From the NCBI GenBank assembly GCA_043750125.1, contig JAYVCD010000270.1:1-18701 (forward strand): a stretch of 18,701 nt of DNA, read 5' to 3'. Below are positions 1 through 8,767 of the stretch, one piece after another. The notes beneath the pieces were generated by a model. The model did not search any database, was not told where the DNA came from, and saw only the letters and a list, made by a program, of their open reading frames with translations. The position numbers and the translations under genes were made by a program. This stretch comes from Archangiaceae bacterium. GTDB lineage: Bacteria > Myxococcota > Myxococcia > Myxococcales > Myxococcaceae. Positions within the stretch are counted from its first letter, which is position 1. Every line of letters starts with the position of its first letter.

Positions 1-279
1 CCTCAAGTCTTGACCTCCGCGGTTCCCGGTGGAGCCGAGCTGCCCGTCGCCATCGTCCTCAGCTGGGACTTCACCGCGGCGCTCGGCAAAGCGGGGATCA
101 CCTTCTTGAAGCACTTTGCGCCTGCAGTTCCTTTCGTCGTCCTCGCCGAGCACCTGACGATGGAAAGCGCGCTCGAGTCGCTGCGGGGAGGCGCCACCGC
201 CTGTCTGCCCAAGCTGCTCAATGACGCCCGGGCTCTGGGTCGTGAGCTGGCGCGCGCGCTGAAACTTCCAGAGCTCTGA
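1..279 (+). CDS. 3' end of a protein with a (probably atypical) CheY-like receiver domain; 5'-truncated by the window
   Basis: Frame is open from base 1 to TGA at 277-279. The pattern '...PFVVLAEHLTMESALESLRGGATACLPKLL' matches the beta4-alpha4-beta5 end of receiver domains (compare 'PVIMLT...AVEAMKxGAxDYLxKP'). Confidence 0.55.
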   Translation, partial: PQVLTSAVPGGAELPVAIVLSWDFTAALGKAGITFLKHFAPAVPFVVLAEHLTMESALESLRGGATACLPKLLNDARALGRELARALKLPEL

Positions 280-295
280 AAAGGGCCGTGGCCCC

Positions 296-337
296 AAAAG
301 AAAACGGGCTCCCCGGTGAACCACCCGGAAAGCCCGT
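296..337 (-). terminator. Rho-independent terminator of groEL
   Basis: Stem ACGGGCT(304-310)/AGCCCGT(331-337) with inner CCGG pairing, followed on the minus strand by a T-rich tract; about 25 nt downstream of the groEL stop. Confidence 0.8.
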
Positions 338-362
338 CGTGATCAAGCCGTGAGGCTTTGAA

Positions 363-2018
363 TCACATGTCCATGTCGTCGCCGCCGTAGTCCGGCATTC
401 CACCGCCACCACCACCACCGCCGCCGCCCTTGCCCTTCTTGCGGGCAGGCATGTCCGCCACCATCGCTTCGGTGGTCAGCATCAGCGAGGCCACCGAGGC
501 CGCGTTGATCAGCGCGCAGCGGGCGACCTTGGTCGGGTCGATGACGCCGGCCTTTTCCAGGTCTTCGTACACTTCGGTGCGGGCGTTGAAGCCGTAGGCG
601 CCCTTGCCTTCGCGAACCTTGTTGATCACCACCGCGCCTTCAAGGCCGGCGTTGCTGGCGATCTTCCACATCGGCTGCACGATCGCGCGCCGAACGATCT
701 CGACTCCGAAGTCGAGCTCACCGCCCAGCTTCAGCTTCTCGAGCGCAGGAAGCGCGCGGATGTACCCGACCCCGCCTCCAGGAATGATCCCTTCTTCGAC
801 GGCCGCGCGGGTCGCGTGCATCGCGTCCTCGACGCGGGCCTTCTTCTCTTTCATCTCGGTCTCGGTGGCGGCTCCGACGTTGATCACCGCAACTCCGCCG
901 ACGAGCTTCGCCAGACGTTCCTGGAGCTTCTCTTTGTCGTAGTCGCTGGTGGTCTCGGCGCTCTGGGTCCGGATCTGTTTGATCCGCGCCTCGATGTCGG
1001 CCTTCTTCCCGACGCCATCGATGAGGGTGGTGTTGTCCTTGTCGATGCTGACCCGCTTGGCGCGGCCCAAATCGGCGAGGGTCAAGGTCTCGAACTTGGT
1101 CCCGAGATCTTCGGCGACGACCTGCCCACCGGTCAGAATTGCGATGTCCTTCAGCAGCTCTTTGCGACGGTCGCCGAAGCCCGGCGCCTTCACCGCCGCG
1201 ACGTTGAGCACGCCACGAATCTTGTTCACCACCAGGGTCGCCAGCGCCTCGCCTTCGATGTCCTCGGCGATGATCAGCAGCGGCTTGCCTGCGCGCGCAA
1301 CCTGCTCGAGAAGGGGAATCAGATCCTGCATCACCGCGACCTTCCGCTCGCTGATCAGAATGTACGGGTCTTCCATCTCGACCAGCATCCGCTCGCGGTT
1401 GGTAACGAAGTACGGCGAGATGTAGCCGCGGTCGAACTGCATCCCCTCGACCACTTCGAGGGTCGTCTCGAGGCCCTTCGCCTCTTCGACGGTGATGACG
1501 CCTTCCTTCCCGACCTTCTCCATCGCTTCGGCGATGATCGTGCCGATCGTCTCGTCGCCGTTGGCAGAGATGATGCCGACCTGGGCAATCTCTTTCTGGT
1601 TCTTGGTGGGCTTGGACATTGCCTTCAGCTCGGCCACCACGACTTCGACCGCCTTGTCGATGCCGCGCTTGAGGTCCATCGGGTTGTGACCCGCGGCGAC
1701 CAGCTTGAGGCCTTCTTCGTAGATCGCGCGCGCGAGCACGGTCGCGGTGGTGGTGCCATCGCCGGCGACGTCAGAGGTCTTCGACGCCACTTCTTTGACC
1801 ATCTGGGCGCCCATGTTCTCGAACTTGTTGTCGAGGTCGATTTCCTTCGCGACGGTCACCCCGTCCTTGGTCACCAGCGGCGACCCGAACGACTTCTCGA
1901 TCACGACGTTTCGCCCCTTGGGCCCCAGCGTGACGGCGACGGCGTCCGACAACACGCGAACTCCACGCAAGATCGCATCGCGCGCCGACTGGTGAAAATA
2001 GATTTCCTTGGCTGACAT
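363..2018 (-). CDS. groEL: Chaperonin GroEL (Cpn60), stand-alone myxobacterial GroEL2 type
   Basis: Hallmark motifs [42 protein letters not shown] at 2018 with GGGAG SD at 2026-2030. The C-terminus [11 protein letters not shown] resembles the YGGDDMDY tail of M. xanthus GroEL2. No adjacent groES. Confidence 0.98.
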   Translation of the reverse strand: MSAKEIYFHQSARDAILRGVRVLSDAVAVTLGPKGRNVVIEKSFGSPLVTKDGVTVAKEIDLDNKFENMGAQMVKEVASKTSDVAGDGTTTATVLARAIYEEGLKLVAAGHNPMDLKRGIDKAVEVVVAELKAMSKPTKNQKEIAQVGIISANGDETIGTIIAEAMEKVGKEGVITVEEAKGLETTLEVVEGMQFDRGYISPYFVTNRERMLVEMEDPYILISERKVAVMQDLIPLLEQVARAGKPLLIIAEDIEGEALATLVVNKIRGVLNVAAVKAPGFGDRRKELLKDIAILTGGQVVAEDLGTKFETLTLADLGRAKRVSIDKDNTTLIDGVGKKADIEARIKQIRTQSAETTSDYDKEKLQERLAKLVGGVAVINVGAATETEMKEKKARVEDAMHATRAAVEEGIIPGGGVGYIRALPALEKLKLGGELDFGVEIVRRAIVQPMWKIASNAGLEGAVVINKVREGKGAYGFNARTEVYEDLEKAGVIDPTKVARCALINAASVASLMLTTEAMVADMPARKKGKGGGGGGGGGGMPDYGGDDMDM

Positions 2019-2060
2019 TTTCAAGCTCCCTGAATCGTTGGTGTTTTAAAGACAGCCGCG

Positions 2061-2087
2061 TTGGCACTCCCCACGGGTGAGCGCCAA
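2061..2087. promoter_or_regulatory. CIRCE element (HrcA operator) upstream of groEL
   Basis: TTGGCACTC-N9-GAGCGCCAA versus consensus TTAGCACTC-N9-GAGTGCTAA; exact 9-9-9 spacing, about 42 nt upstream of the groEL ATG. Confidence 0.92.
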
Positions 2088-2113
2088 ATTAAGGATTGCG
2101 GGTCGAATGTCAA
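2086..2113 (-). promoter_or_regulatory. sigma70-type promoter for groEL abutting CIRCE
   Basis: Minus strand TTGACA (2113-2108), 16-nt spacer, TAATTT (2091-2086), directly adjacent to the CIRCE. Confidence 0.6.
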
Positions 2114-2135
2114 CGCTGGGTGTGTCTTTCGATCG

Positions 2136-2513
2136 TCAGTGGTCGAGGTCGCGCACGTCGTCGTGAGGCGTGCCCGCGGGAATGCCCGGGCGATCGGCCG
2201 ACGAGAGGCTCCACACGTCGAGGCCGAGATCGTTGTCGATGTTGCCTACCCCGACCATCGTGATCTCACAACTCGGACATTTGCCGCGCAGACCCAGCTC
2301 GAGCTTCAGGTCCGCGGGCATCGCGGCCAGAGCGTCGGCATTCGAAGCGCCCAGGCCGAGGGCCCGGTCCCGGCCCACGCCCACGGCATCTTTCAGCGGG
2401 GCCCCGGTGTTCGGCTCGATCGGACCCTCGCCGGCAAAAGCGTAGAGGTACCGATTTCCGCGCTCAGGCGCGAAGCCCACCGTCGCCGGGTGCGTCCACC
2501 GACTTCGGTTTCG
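2136..2513 (-). pseudogene. N-terminally truncated type IV pilin (myxobacterial PilA-like) globular domain; ORF from GTG 2480 is 114 aa
   Basis: Contains GFAPERGNRY, CPSC..., GNIDND...DVW and GTP, recalling M. xanthus PilA (IGFAPERGNRY ... CPNC ... GNADNE...DDW ... GTPY). It has no prepilin leader or hydrophobic alpha-1 helix, and the frame is closed upstream by the methyltransferase TAG at 2514-2516. Confidence 0.7.
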
Positions 2514-3386
2514 CTACGGCCGTGCTGTCGCTTCCAACCTCTTCCGCGACACTTCGAGGTATTCGGGGTTGAGATCCATTCCGACGAAGCGGCAGCCGTT
2601 GGCGACGGCGGCGACTCCGGTGGTCCCGCTTCCACAGAACGGATCGAGCACCACCGCGTCTTCGCCCGCGCTGGCCTCGATGATCCGGTTGAGCAGCGCG
2701 ACGGGCTTCTGGGTCGGGTGGCCGCCGTGCGCCTTCTCGGACTTGCGGGGGGTCAACATGCTCCACACCCGGCCTTCGCCGTCATCGCGCAGCTCTTCTT
2801 CGCCCGCCTTGGGAATCGCCCAGACATCGCGCATCTGCTTCCCCCCGTTGGTCTGCTTCATCGCGGCGTAGTTGAAGGTGTGCTGCAGCTTCCCCTTCGC
2901 GCCGGGCGAGGCCCAGATCAAGATCTCGGTCGAGTGGGTGAAGTAGCGGCACGAGAGGTTGGGGCTCGCGTTGGGCTTGAACCAGGTGACGGTGTTGAGC
3001 AGCTTGAAGCCCAGCTGCTGCATCGCGAACCCGGCGTTGAAGATCACGTGCTGGGTTCCCGAGACCCAGATCGTCCCTGACGGCTTGAGCACCCGTTTGC
3101 AGGCCGCCAGCCATTCGGTGGTGAAGCGGTGATCCTCTTCGACCCCTTGCGAGGTGTCCCACTTTCCTTTCGCCACCGGAACACGCTTGCCGCCCTGGCA
3201 GGTGAAACCCCCATTGGAAAGAAAGTACGGAGGGTCGGCAAAAATCAGATCGAACGTCTCGGGGTCGAACCCGTTCATCAGCGCGACCGAGTCGCCCTGG
3301 TACAAGACGAAGTCGCGGCCTCGCGCGTGAACATTCGAAGACAGCTGTGAGCTTCCGCGAAAGAGCGGTTGGGCGGACTGCGGCAT
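2514..3386 (-). CDS. Site-specific DNA methyltransferase, N6-adenine/N4-cytosine beta class (DpnA/M2.DpnII-like), orphan
   Basis: Catalytic motif IFADPPYFLSNGG precedes the SAM-binding LDPFCGSGTT (beta order); HPTQKP motif present. ATG at 3386 with upstream GGAG chosen over the longer ORF start at 3437. No endonuclease gene nearby. Confidence 0.92.
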   Translation of the reverse strand: MPQSAQPLFRGSSQLSSNVHARGRDFVLYQGDSVALMNGFDPETFDLIFADPPYFLSNGGFTCQGGKRVPVAKGKWDTSQGVEEDHRFTTEWLAACKRVLKPSGTIWVSGTQHVIFNAGFAMQQLGFKLLNTVTWFKPNASPNLSCRYFTHSTEILIWASPGAKGKLQHTFNYAAMKQTNGGKQMRDVWAIPKAGEEELRDDGEGRVWSMLTPRKSEKAHGGHPTQKPVALLNRIIEASAGEDAVVLDPFCGSGTTGVAAVANGCRFVGMDLNPEYLEVSRKRLEATARP

Positions 3387-3480
3387 GTGGATTTGGCTCC
3401 GTGCTGCGCGCACCGTTAAATCGGCGACGCATCGCAACGGTAAATGAACGATCGGGATTCGCCAGTTTTCTGACCGGCGG

Positions 3481-3515
3481 TCGCTTTCACAGGAGGCGAA
3501 AACCTCCTGTGGCGA
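3481..3515. terminator. Strong hairpin downstream of rpmE (terminator or mRNA-stabilising stem)
   Basis: CACAGGAGG(3488-3496)-CGAAAA-CCTCCTGTG(3503-3511), extendable by TCGC/GCGA; no clear U-tract on the minus strand. Confidence 0.55.
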
Positions 3516-3533
3516 TTGAAGAACGACTTCGAA

Positions 3534-3755
3534 TCAGACCTTCGGGACGGCCGGCGTCTTCGCCGCGTACTTCTTGCGGAAGCGCTCAACCTGGCCCGCG
3601 GTGTCCATCAGCTTGAACTTGCCGGTGAAGAACGGGTGGCAGCTGGAGCAGATTTCCGTGTGGAAGCTGCCGCGCGTCGAGCGGGTCTCGATGGTGGTAC
3701 CGCACGCACAGGTGATTTTCGCGGGCGGGTAGACGGGGTGGATGTCGGCTCTCAT
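3534..3755 (-). CDS. rpmE: 50S ribosomal protein L31 (zinc-binding type)
   Basis: MRADIHPVY...ITCACG...[13 protein letters not shown]...[13 protein letters not shown]; four Zn-ligand cysteines; AAGGAAG SD. Confidence 0.97.
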   Translation of the reverse strand: MRADIHPVYPPAKITCACGTTIETRSTRGSFHTEICSSCHPFFTGKFKLMDTAGQVERFRKKYAAKTPAVPKV

Positions 3756-3816
3756 TTTCGTTTCTTCCTTTGCCGCCTTACTGCGGAGGTAGACCGGAGG
3801 ACTGGCGGAACGGATG

Positions 3817-3846
3817 CCTATAACAGCGGGTTGGCGAAAGTCGCAA
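3817..3846 (-). promoter_or_regulatory. Putative sigma70 promoter of rpmE
   Basis: Minus strand TTGCGA(3846-3841)-N18-TATAGG(3822-3817) with a TG extended -10, in the frzF-rpmE spacer. Confidence 0.45.
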
Positions 3847-3875
3847 CCTTTGGTGTGAGGCAGACCCGCGGCGCT

Positions 3876-5447
3876 TCAGGCCTCGGACAGCGCGGCCAAA
3901 CGGTAGGCGGCAGCCCTGGCGACGGATTCATTGGTGGTGGGCATCTCGGGAAAGTGGCCCAGCAGCGCATGGGGCGGGGCCCGGCGCAGCGCGATCGCGT
4001 TTTTGTACGCGCGCCGAGCCGCATCGAAATCACCCCGCTTTTCCTGAACCTGCGCCATCAGGTAGTGCCCCAGGGCGAGGGTGGGCTCGAGGAACAGCGC
4101 CCGGGTCAGCTCGATCCGCGCCGGGTCGTACTGCGCGGACTGAATCGCGGCCACGGCCAGGTACACCCGCGCCTCGACGCACAGCGGGTCTTTGGCGAGC
4201 ACCAGGTTGAACAGGTCGCGCGCTTCGTCGACGTTCCCCATCAGCGCGTGAATGTTCCCCAGGGTCAGCAACGCGGCGAGATCTTCAGGCTGATCATCGG
4301 CGAGCCGCCGCGCTCCCAGAAGCGCCTGGTCGAAGTCACCGCTTTCGATCTGCCGAATCACCTTGTCGAGACGTTCGACCGGCGTGCGCCGTGCCTCGGT
4401 CGAGGGAAGAGTCACCGCGGGCAACCCCGGGCTCGACGGGCGGGGAGCACTGGGCGCGCTGGGAGCGGAAGGAACAATCGCCTGCAGCCCCGAAGGCCGA
4501 CTGGGCGAGGGAAGGCCGGACCCCGACGGTCGGCTGGGAGCGGGCTGAGGAATCGGGCCGGCCCAGGGGTTCGAGGGGCGGGGAGCCGACGGCCTCGGCG
4601 GGGGCACCGGTTCCCCCGGAATAGGGCGGCGATACGAGAACGTCCCCGCGACCTCGAACATCTCGAAGCGGGTCGCCATCCGGAACAGGCTTTCGGAATA
4701 GCCAAGCAGCAGCACTCCGCCCGGTCGCAGCGCTTCGAAGAAGCGATCCATCAGGCTGCGAATGGTCGGTTGATCAAAATAGATGATCACATTCCGGCAA
4801 AGGATCAGGTCCAGGGACGCCGCGGCCAACATCGGGAAGACCGGCGCCGCCAGGTTGTGACCCTCGAACCGGATGATCGCCTTCAGCGCCGGCGCCACCT
4901 GATAGCCGTCTTCAAGAGGGGTAAAGAACTTCGCCAGCCGTTCCTCGCTCACGCCCACCATTCGACGGGTGGGAAAGAAGCCCCGCGTCGCGCTCTGAAC
5001 CGCGGCCGGGTTCAAGTCGGTCGCCCAGATGTCTACGTCCACAGGCTGGGCGCGGCTTTCGATCGCCACGATCCCCAGGCTGTACGGCTCTTCTCCGGTG
5101 GCGCAGCCGGCAGACCAGATGCGCAGCTTTCGACCTTCTCGGCGCGCGAGGGCCAGGTGCTGGGGAATCAACGTCTGCTCGAGCGCCTTGAACTGCCGAC
5201 TGTCGCGAAAGAACTCCGTCTTGCCGACGGTGACCATCGGCAGCAGCGATCGGAGCTCTTCTTCTCCTGTTTCCAGCCCCAGGCGACGCACGTATTCAGA
5301 GGCATCGGTCAGCCCCAGCGGCGGCATTCGGGCCTGCAGGGCCAGCCTCAGTCCGTAAAACCCGTCGGGGGTGATCTTGAGGCCGACCCGATCGAGCAGC
5401 AGTGCGGCGAGCTTGCGCAGCGCAGGAAGATCTCCTTCGTCGCTCAT
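3876..5447 (-). CDS. frzF: CheR-type MCP methyltransferase with C-terminal TPR repeats (FrzF)
   Basis: TEFFRD, IWSAGCATGEEPYSL, DLILCRNVIIYF, LLLGYSESL motifs; Pro/Ser linker; TPR-like helices. ATG at 5447 overlaps the frzG TGA (ATGA). Confidence 0.93.
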   Translation of the reverse strand: MSDEGDLPALRKLAALLLDRVGLKITPDGFYGLRLALQARMPPLGLTDASEYVRRLGLETGEEELRSLLPMVTVGKTEFFRDSRQFKALEQTLIPQHLALARREGRKLRIWSAGCATGEEPYSLGIVAIESRAQPVDVDIWATDLNPAAVQSATRGFFPTRRMVGVSEERLAKFFTPLEDGYQVAPALKAIIRFEGHNLAAPVFPMLAAASLDLILCRNVIIYFDQPTIRSLMDRFFEALRPGGVLLLGYSESLFRMATRFEMFEVAGTFSYRRPIPGEPVPPPRPSAPRPSNPWAGPIPQPAPSRPSGSGLPSPSRPSGLQAIVPSAPSAPSAPRPSSPGLPAVTLPSTEARRTPVERLDKVIRQIESGDFDQALLGARRLADDQPEDLAALLTLGNIHALMGNVDEARDLFNLVLAKDPLCVEARVYLAVAAIQSAQYDPARIELTRALFLEPTLALGHYLMAQVQEKRGDFDAARRAYKNAIALRRAPPHALLGHFPEMPTTNESVARAAAYRLAALSEA

Positions 5448-6436
5448 ACCCACCGCCCCAGCTGAGCCCCAATCTGCTCGAGCGGCAAGATGAGCTCTGC
5501 AGCCCCCAGGGCGATCGCCTCGCCCGGCATTCCGAACACCACACTCGACTCTTCGTCCTGAGCGATCGTGTGTCCCCCGCGCGAGCGAATCTCTTTCAAG
5601 CCGCGTGCGCCGTCGCGTCCCATCCCGGTCAGCACCACTCCGATGGCGCGGTCCTGAAAGCTGGCTGCCACCGACTTCAGCAGCACGTCACACGACGGGC
5701 GAAAGCCGCCCACTGGAGCGCTGGCTTCGACCGCAAGGCTGAAGTCCGGACGCGCGAGCATGTGGACGTCTGAGCCCGCGACGAAGATTCCTCCGACGGT
5801 CAACGGCATCGCGGCGACCACCTCGATCACCACCCGCTTTGTCTCGGTCTGCAGCCAGCGCGACAGGTCTTCTGAGAACCCCGAGGTGATGTGCTGGCAG
5901 ATGACCACCGCTGCCTCGAACGACTTCGGAAGATCCAACAACACCTGGGCCAGGGCTTTGGGGCCTCCCAGCGACGCGGCGATGGCGACCAGCGCAAACG
6001 GAGCCCTGCGCGACGGCTGTTCCCGCTTTCGGCCCTTGACGTGCCGCACCACCCCGACGGTCGACAGCAACAGCACCTGCGCGCTCAGGCTCTTGAAGAA
6101 CTCCGGGCTCACCCGCACCGGCCGGTCGACCACGTCGAGCGCGCCCGAGGCCAAAGCGCGGATCGCATCGGGTCGGCTCTGGGGCCCGGTCAGAAGCAGA
6201 ATCGCAGTCGGACACTGCGCCATCAGGGCTTCGACCGCTTCCAGCGCTTCCGGCGGGCTGCCTTCCAGATCCATCAAGACCAGCTGCGGGCGAAGCCGGG
6301 TAGTCGCTTCGACGGCATGGAGGTAGTCCACCGGACCTCCCACTTCGACAATCGCGCCCGAGAAGAAGAGCGGCCGCAGCAGCGTCCAGACGCTCTGGCC
6401 CCGCTCGACGATCTGCACCCGGCACGCGACGGGCAC
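5444..6436 (-). CDS. frzG: CheB-type methylesterase with N-terminal receiver-like domain (FrzG)
   Basis: Catalytic S-H-D in IAASLGGP, CQHI, LTGMGRDGA; QDEESSVVFGMP motif; located between the frzE and frzF homologues. Confidence 0.92.
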   Translation of the reverse strand: MPVACRVQIVERGQSVWTLLRPLFFSGAIVEVGGPVDYLHAVEATTRLRPQLVLMDLEGSPPEALEAVEALMAQCPTAILLLTGPQSRPDAIRALASGALDVVDRPVRVSPEFFKSLSAQVLLLSTVGVVRHVKGRKREQPSRRAPFALVAIAASLGGPKALAQVLLDLPKSFEAAVVICQHITSGFSEDLSRWLQTETKRVVIEVVAAMPLTVGGIFVAGSDVHMLARPDFSLAVEASAPVGGFRPSCDVLLKSVAASFQDRAIGVVLTGMGRDGARGLKEIRSRGGHTIAQDEESSVVFGMPGEAIALGAAELILPLEQIGAQLGRWV

Positions 6437-6439
6437 GCG

Positions 6440-8725
6440 TCAAGCCAACCGGTCGATCGCCAGTGCCAACGACTCGACCCCCAGCTCGCCCTTGATCAAA
6501 TACGCGTCCGCGCCGGCATCGAGGCCCCGGCGCCTGTCTTCGGGCGAGGCCAACGACGAGAGAATGATCACTGGAATCCGTGACAGCTCGGCGTGCCCTT
6601 TCAGCCGCCGGGTGAAGGCAAAGCCATCGAGCCGCGGCATCTGCACGTCGGTGAGCACCAGATCAAAGGGCGACTTCTGAATGCGGGCCCAGGCGTCTTC
6701 GCCGTCCTGCGCCTCTTCGACCGAATGGCCCAGGGCTTTGACCAACGCGCTCTCGGTGGCGCGGGCGATGGGCGAGTCGTCGACCAGCAGCACCCGCAGC
6801 CGCTTCGAGGACGTGGGCTCGGACACCGGCCGAGCCATGCGTCGCACCTCGGCCATGATGTCCGGCACGTGCAGCAGCACCGCGATTCGACCGTCTTCCA
6901 GGGCCGCGGTGCCGGCGATGAACGGAGCTCCTTTGAGGAACTCGCCTCCGCACGGCTTCACCGCGACTTCCCGTTCGTCGATCAGCCCATCGACCACCAG
7001 CGCGGCGCGCTCGTCGCCATGCCGCACCACCACCGCGGGGGGGCGATCGAACCGCGGGCCTCCGTTGAGCGCCAACAGCGGCCCCAGCGCGACCAGCGAG
7101 GTGGGTCGGCCGCGGTGCATCACTGCGACAGTGCCGAAGACCTCCATGCGATCTTCGGGCTTGAAGCGCGCCACGGCCTCGACCTCGGCTGCCGGGACTC
7201 CGTAAACGTCGTCGCCCAGTCGCACCAACAAGACGCGCATCAGCGCCATCGACTGCGGCAGCCGCAGCCCGATCGTCGTGCCCCGCCCCACCCTGCTCTG
7301 CACCGACACCGAGCCGCTGAGCGCTTCGACCTTGCGCTTGACCACGTCCATTCCCACGCCCCGGCCCGACAGCTCGCTGACTTCATCGCGGGTCGAGAAC
7401 CCAGCGCGGAAGATGAGCTCGATCGCTTCCCGCTCGGTGAGCGCGTTGGCCTGCTGGACGGTGAGCAGCTTTCGCGCGACGGCAACGCGGCGCAGGTGCT
7501 CGGGATCCATGCCCCGGCCGTCGTCCTCGACCTCGATGTGCAGCATGTCGCCGTCGGCGCGGGCGCGAATCTGAATCTTGCCCACGTCGCTCTTGCCCAT
7601 CGTCTGCCGGTAATCGACTGCCTCGAGGCCGTGATCGACGGCGTTGCGCAGCAGGTGCACCAGGGCATCGCGCACGTCGCTGACCATCGATCGGTCGACT
7701 CCGACCTGGGTCTTCTCGATCGTCAGGTCGACCTGCTTGCCCTGCGAGTTTCCAATCTCACGCACCGCGCGGGGAAACGCCTCGAAGACGGTCGCCAACG
7801 GCACCAGGCGGGCCTCGGCCACGTTGTCCGCCAGCTGAGCGAGGTTCCCGTGCAGGGTGTTCACCCCATCGACGTGGTGGCGGACGAAGCGAAAAGTGTC
7901 GTCGCGCAGCAGGTGAAGGTCTCGTTCCATGCGCTCGAGCGCGTCGTGGGCAGGCTTGTCGAGCAGGCGCGACTGGTGAAAGCGCAGCAGCGCGTCGCCG
8001 ACCCGCGCCGACCGTTCGAGCAGCTCGGTCAGCTCGTCCGCGCGCAGACGGTTGCGGGCGCTTTCCACTAACAGGTCTCCGGCGAGCAGGCCGAGGGCGT
8101 CGAGGATCTCGACGTTGACGCGAATCGAACGATCGAGCGGAGGGGCCTTTCGTTCCCCATGCTCGTCCAGCACCGGGGCCGACGGGCGGGGCTCAGGCGC
8201 CGACGGGCGGGGTTCGAACAGCGCCGCCAGCGCAGCCGGCCTGGGCGGTGGGGCCGAAGGCTGGGTCGGCCGGGGCACCGGAGCCTGCGCCGCAGTCGCA
8301 GCCGGGGCCTTGCGCCGGGTGGGCTGCAACGGAGGCAGGCTCTGCCCGGACACTTCAGCCAACTTCGCCGCGATGACGTTCGAGTTGTCCGACCCGGACT
8401 TTGCGTTCTCGAGCTGTTCGAGCAGATCTCCGATCGCGTCGCACGCCCGCAACAGCAAGTCGGTCGCGGTGCGCGCATCGACCTTTTGATCGCGGTTCGC
8501 CTTGAGCAGATCCTCACACGCGTGGGCCATTTGCCCGACCGCGGCGAGGCCGAGCATGCGGGCCTCGCCCTTCATCGTGTGCAGCTCTCGCGCGACGCTC
8601 TCGGCCGCCGCTTCGGCGCCGGCCTTCTCGAGGTCGATCGCCCCGAGCTGAATCGTCTGCAGGCGATCGCCCGTCACCTCGACGAACTTGATCAGCAGCG
8701 ATTTTTTGAGCGATTCGGTATCCAG
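6440..8725 (-). CDS. frzE: CheA-CheY hybrid histidine kinase (FrzE); probable CTG start
   Basis: Hpt RELHTMKGEARMLG; HLLRNAVDHG, EDDGRG, GFST..SGRGVGMDVV; CheW domain; receiver LVDDS...LTDVQMP. The frame extends 16 codons beyond the listed GTG to CTG-GAT-ACC-GAA (xDTESLKKSLLIKF, compare M. xanthus MDTEALKKSLL). Confidence 0.94.
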   Translation of the reverse strand: MDTESLKKSLLIKFVEVTGDRLQTIQLGAIDLEKAGAEAAAESVARELHTMKGEARMLGLAAVGQMAHACEDLLKANRDQKVDARTATDLLLRACDAIGDLLEQLENAKSGSDNSNVIAAKLAEVSGQSLPPLQPTRRKAPAATAAQAPVPRPTQPSAPPPRPAALAALFEPRPSAPEPRPSAPVLDEHGERKAPPLDRSIRVNVEILDALGLLAGDLLVESARNRLRADELTELLERSARVGDALLRFHQSRLLDKPAHDALERMERDLHLLRDDTFRFVRHHVDGVNTLHGNLAQLADNVAEARLVPLATVFEAFPRAVREIGNSQGKQVDLTIEKTQVGVDRSMVSDVRDALVHLLRNAVDHGLEAVDYRQTMGKSDVGKIQIRARADGDMLHIEVEDDGRGMDPEHLRRVAVARKLLTVQQANALTEREAIELIFRAGFSTRDEVSELSGRGVGMDVVKRKVEALSGSVSVQSRVGRGTTIGLRLPQSMALMRVLLVRLGDDVYGVPAAEVEAVARFKPEDRMEVFGTVAVMHRGRPTSLVALGPLLALNGGPRFDRPPAVVVRHGDERAALVVDGLIDEREVAVKPCGGEFLKGAPFIAGTAALEDGRIAVLLHVPDIMAEVRRMARPVSEPTSSKRLRVLLVDDSPIARATESALVKALGHSVEEAQDGEDAWARIQKSPFDLVLTDVQMPRLDGFAFTRRLKGHAELSRIPVIILSSLASPEDRRRGLDAGADAYLIKGELGVESLALAIDRLA

Positions 8726-8767
8726 GGGTCAGCGCTCCGGGCGAATCGTTGAAGGGCGCGTCAAGCG

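Noticed and set aside
4420..4620. PSAP/RPS-type repeats in FrzF (and FrzE around 8170-8300)
   Set aside because: Ordinary Pro/Ser/Ala interdomain linkers common in myxobacterial proteins; no exact DNA periodicity.
3516..5465. 649-aa plus-strand ORF (similarly 816..2015, 2061..3080, 6593..8071, 9050..10213, 17191..18462)
   Set aside because: Antisense shadows of well-supported genes; typical stop-poor frames of GC-rich DNA with no recognisable motifs.
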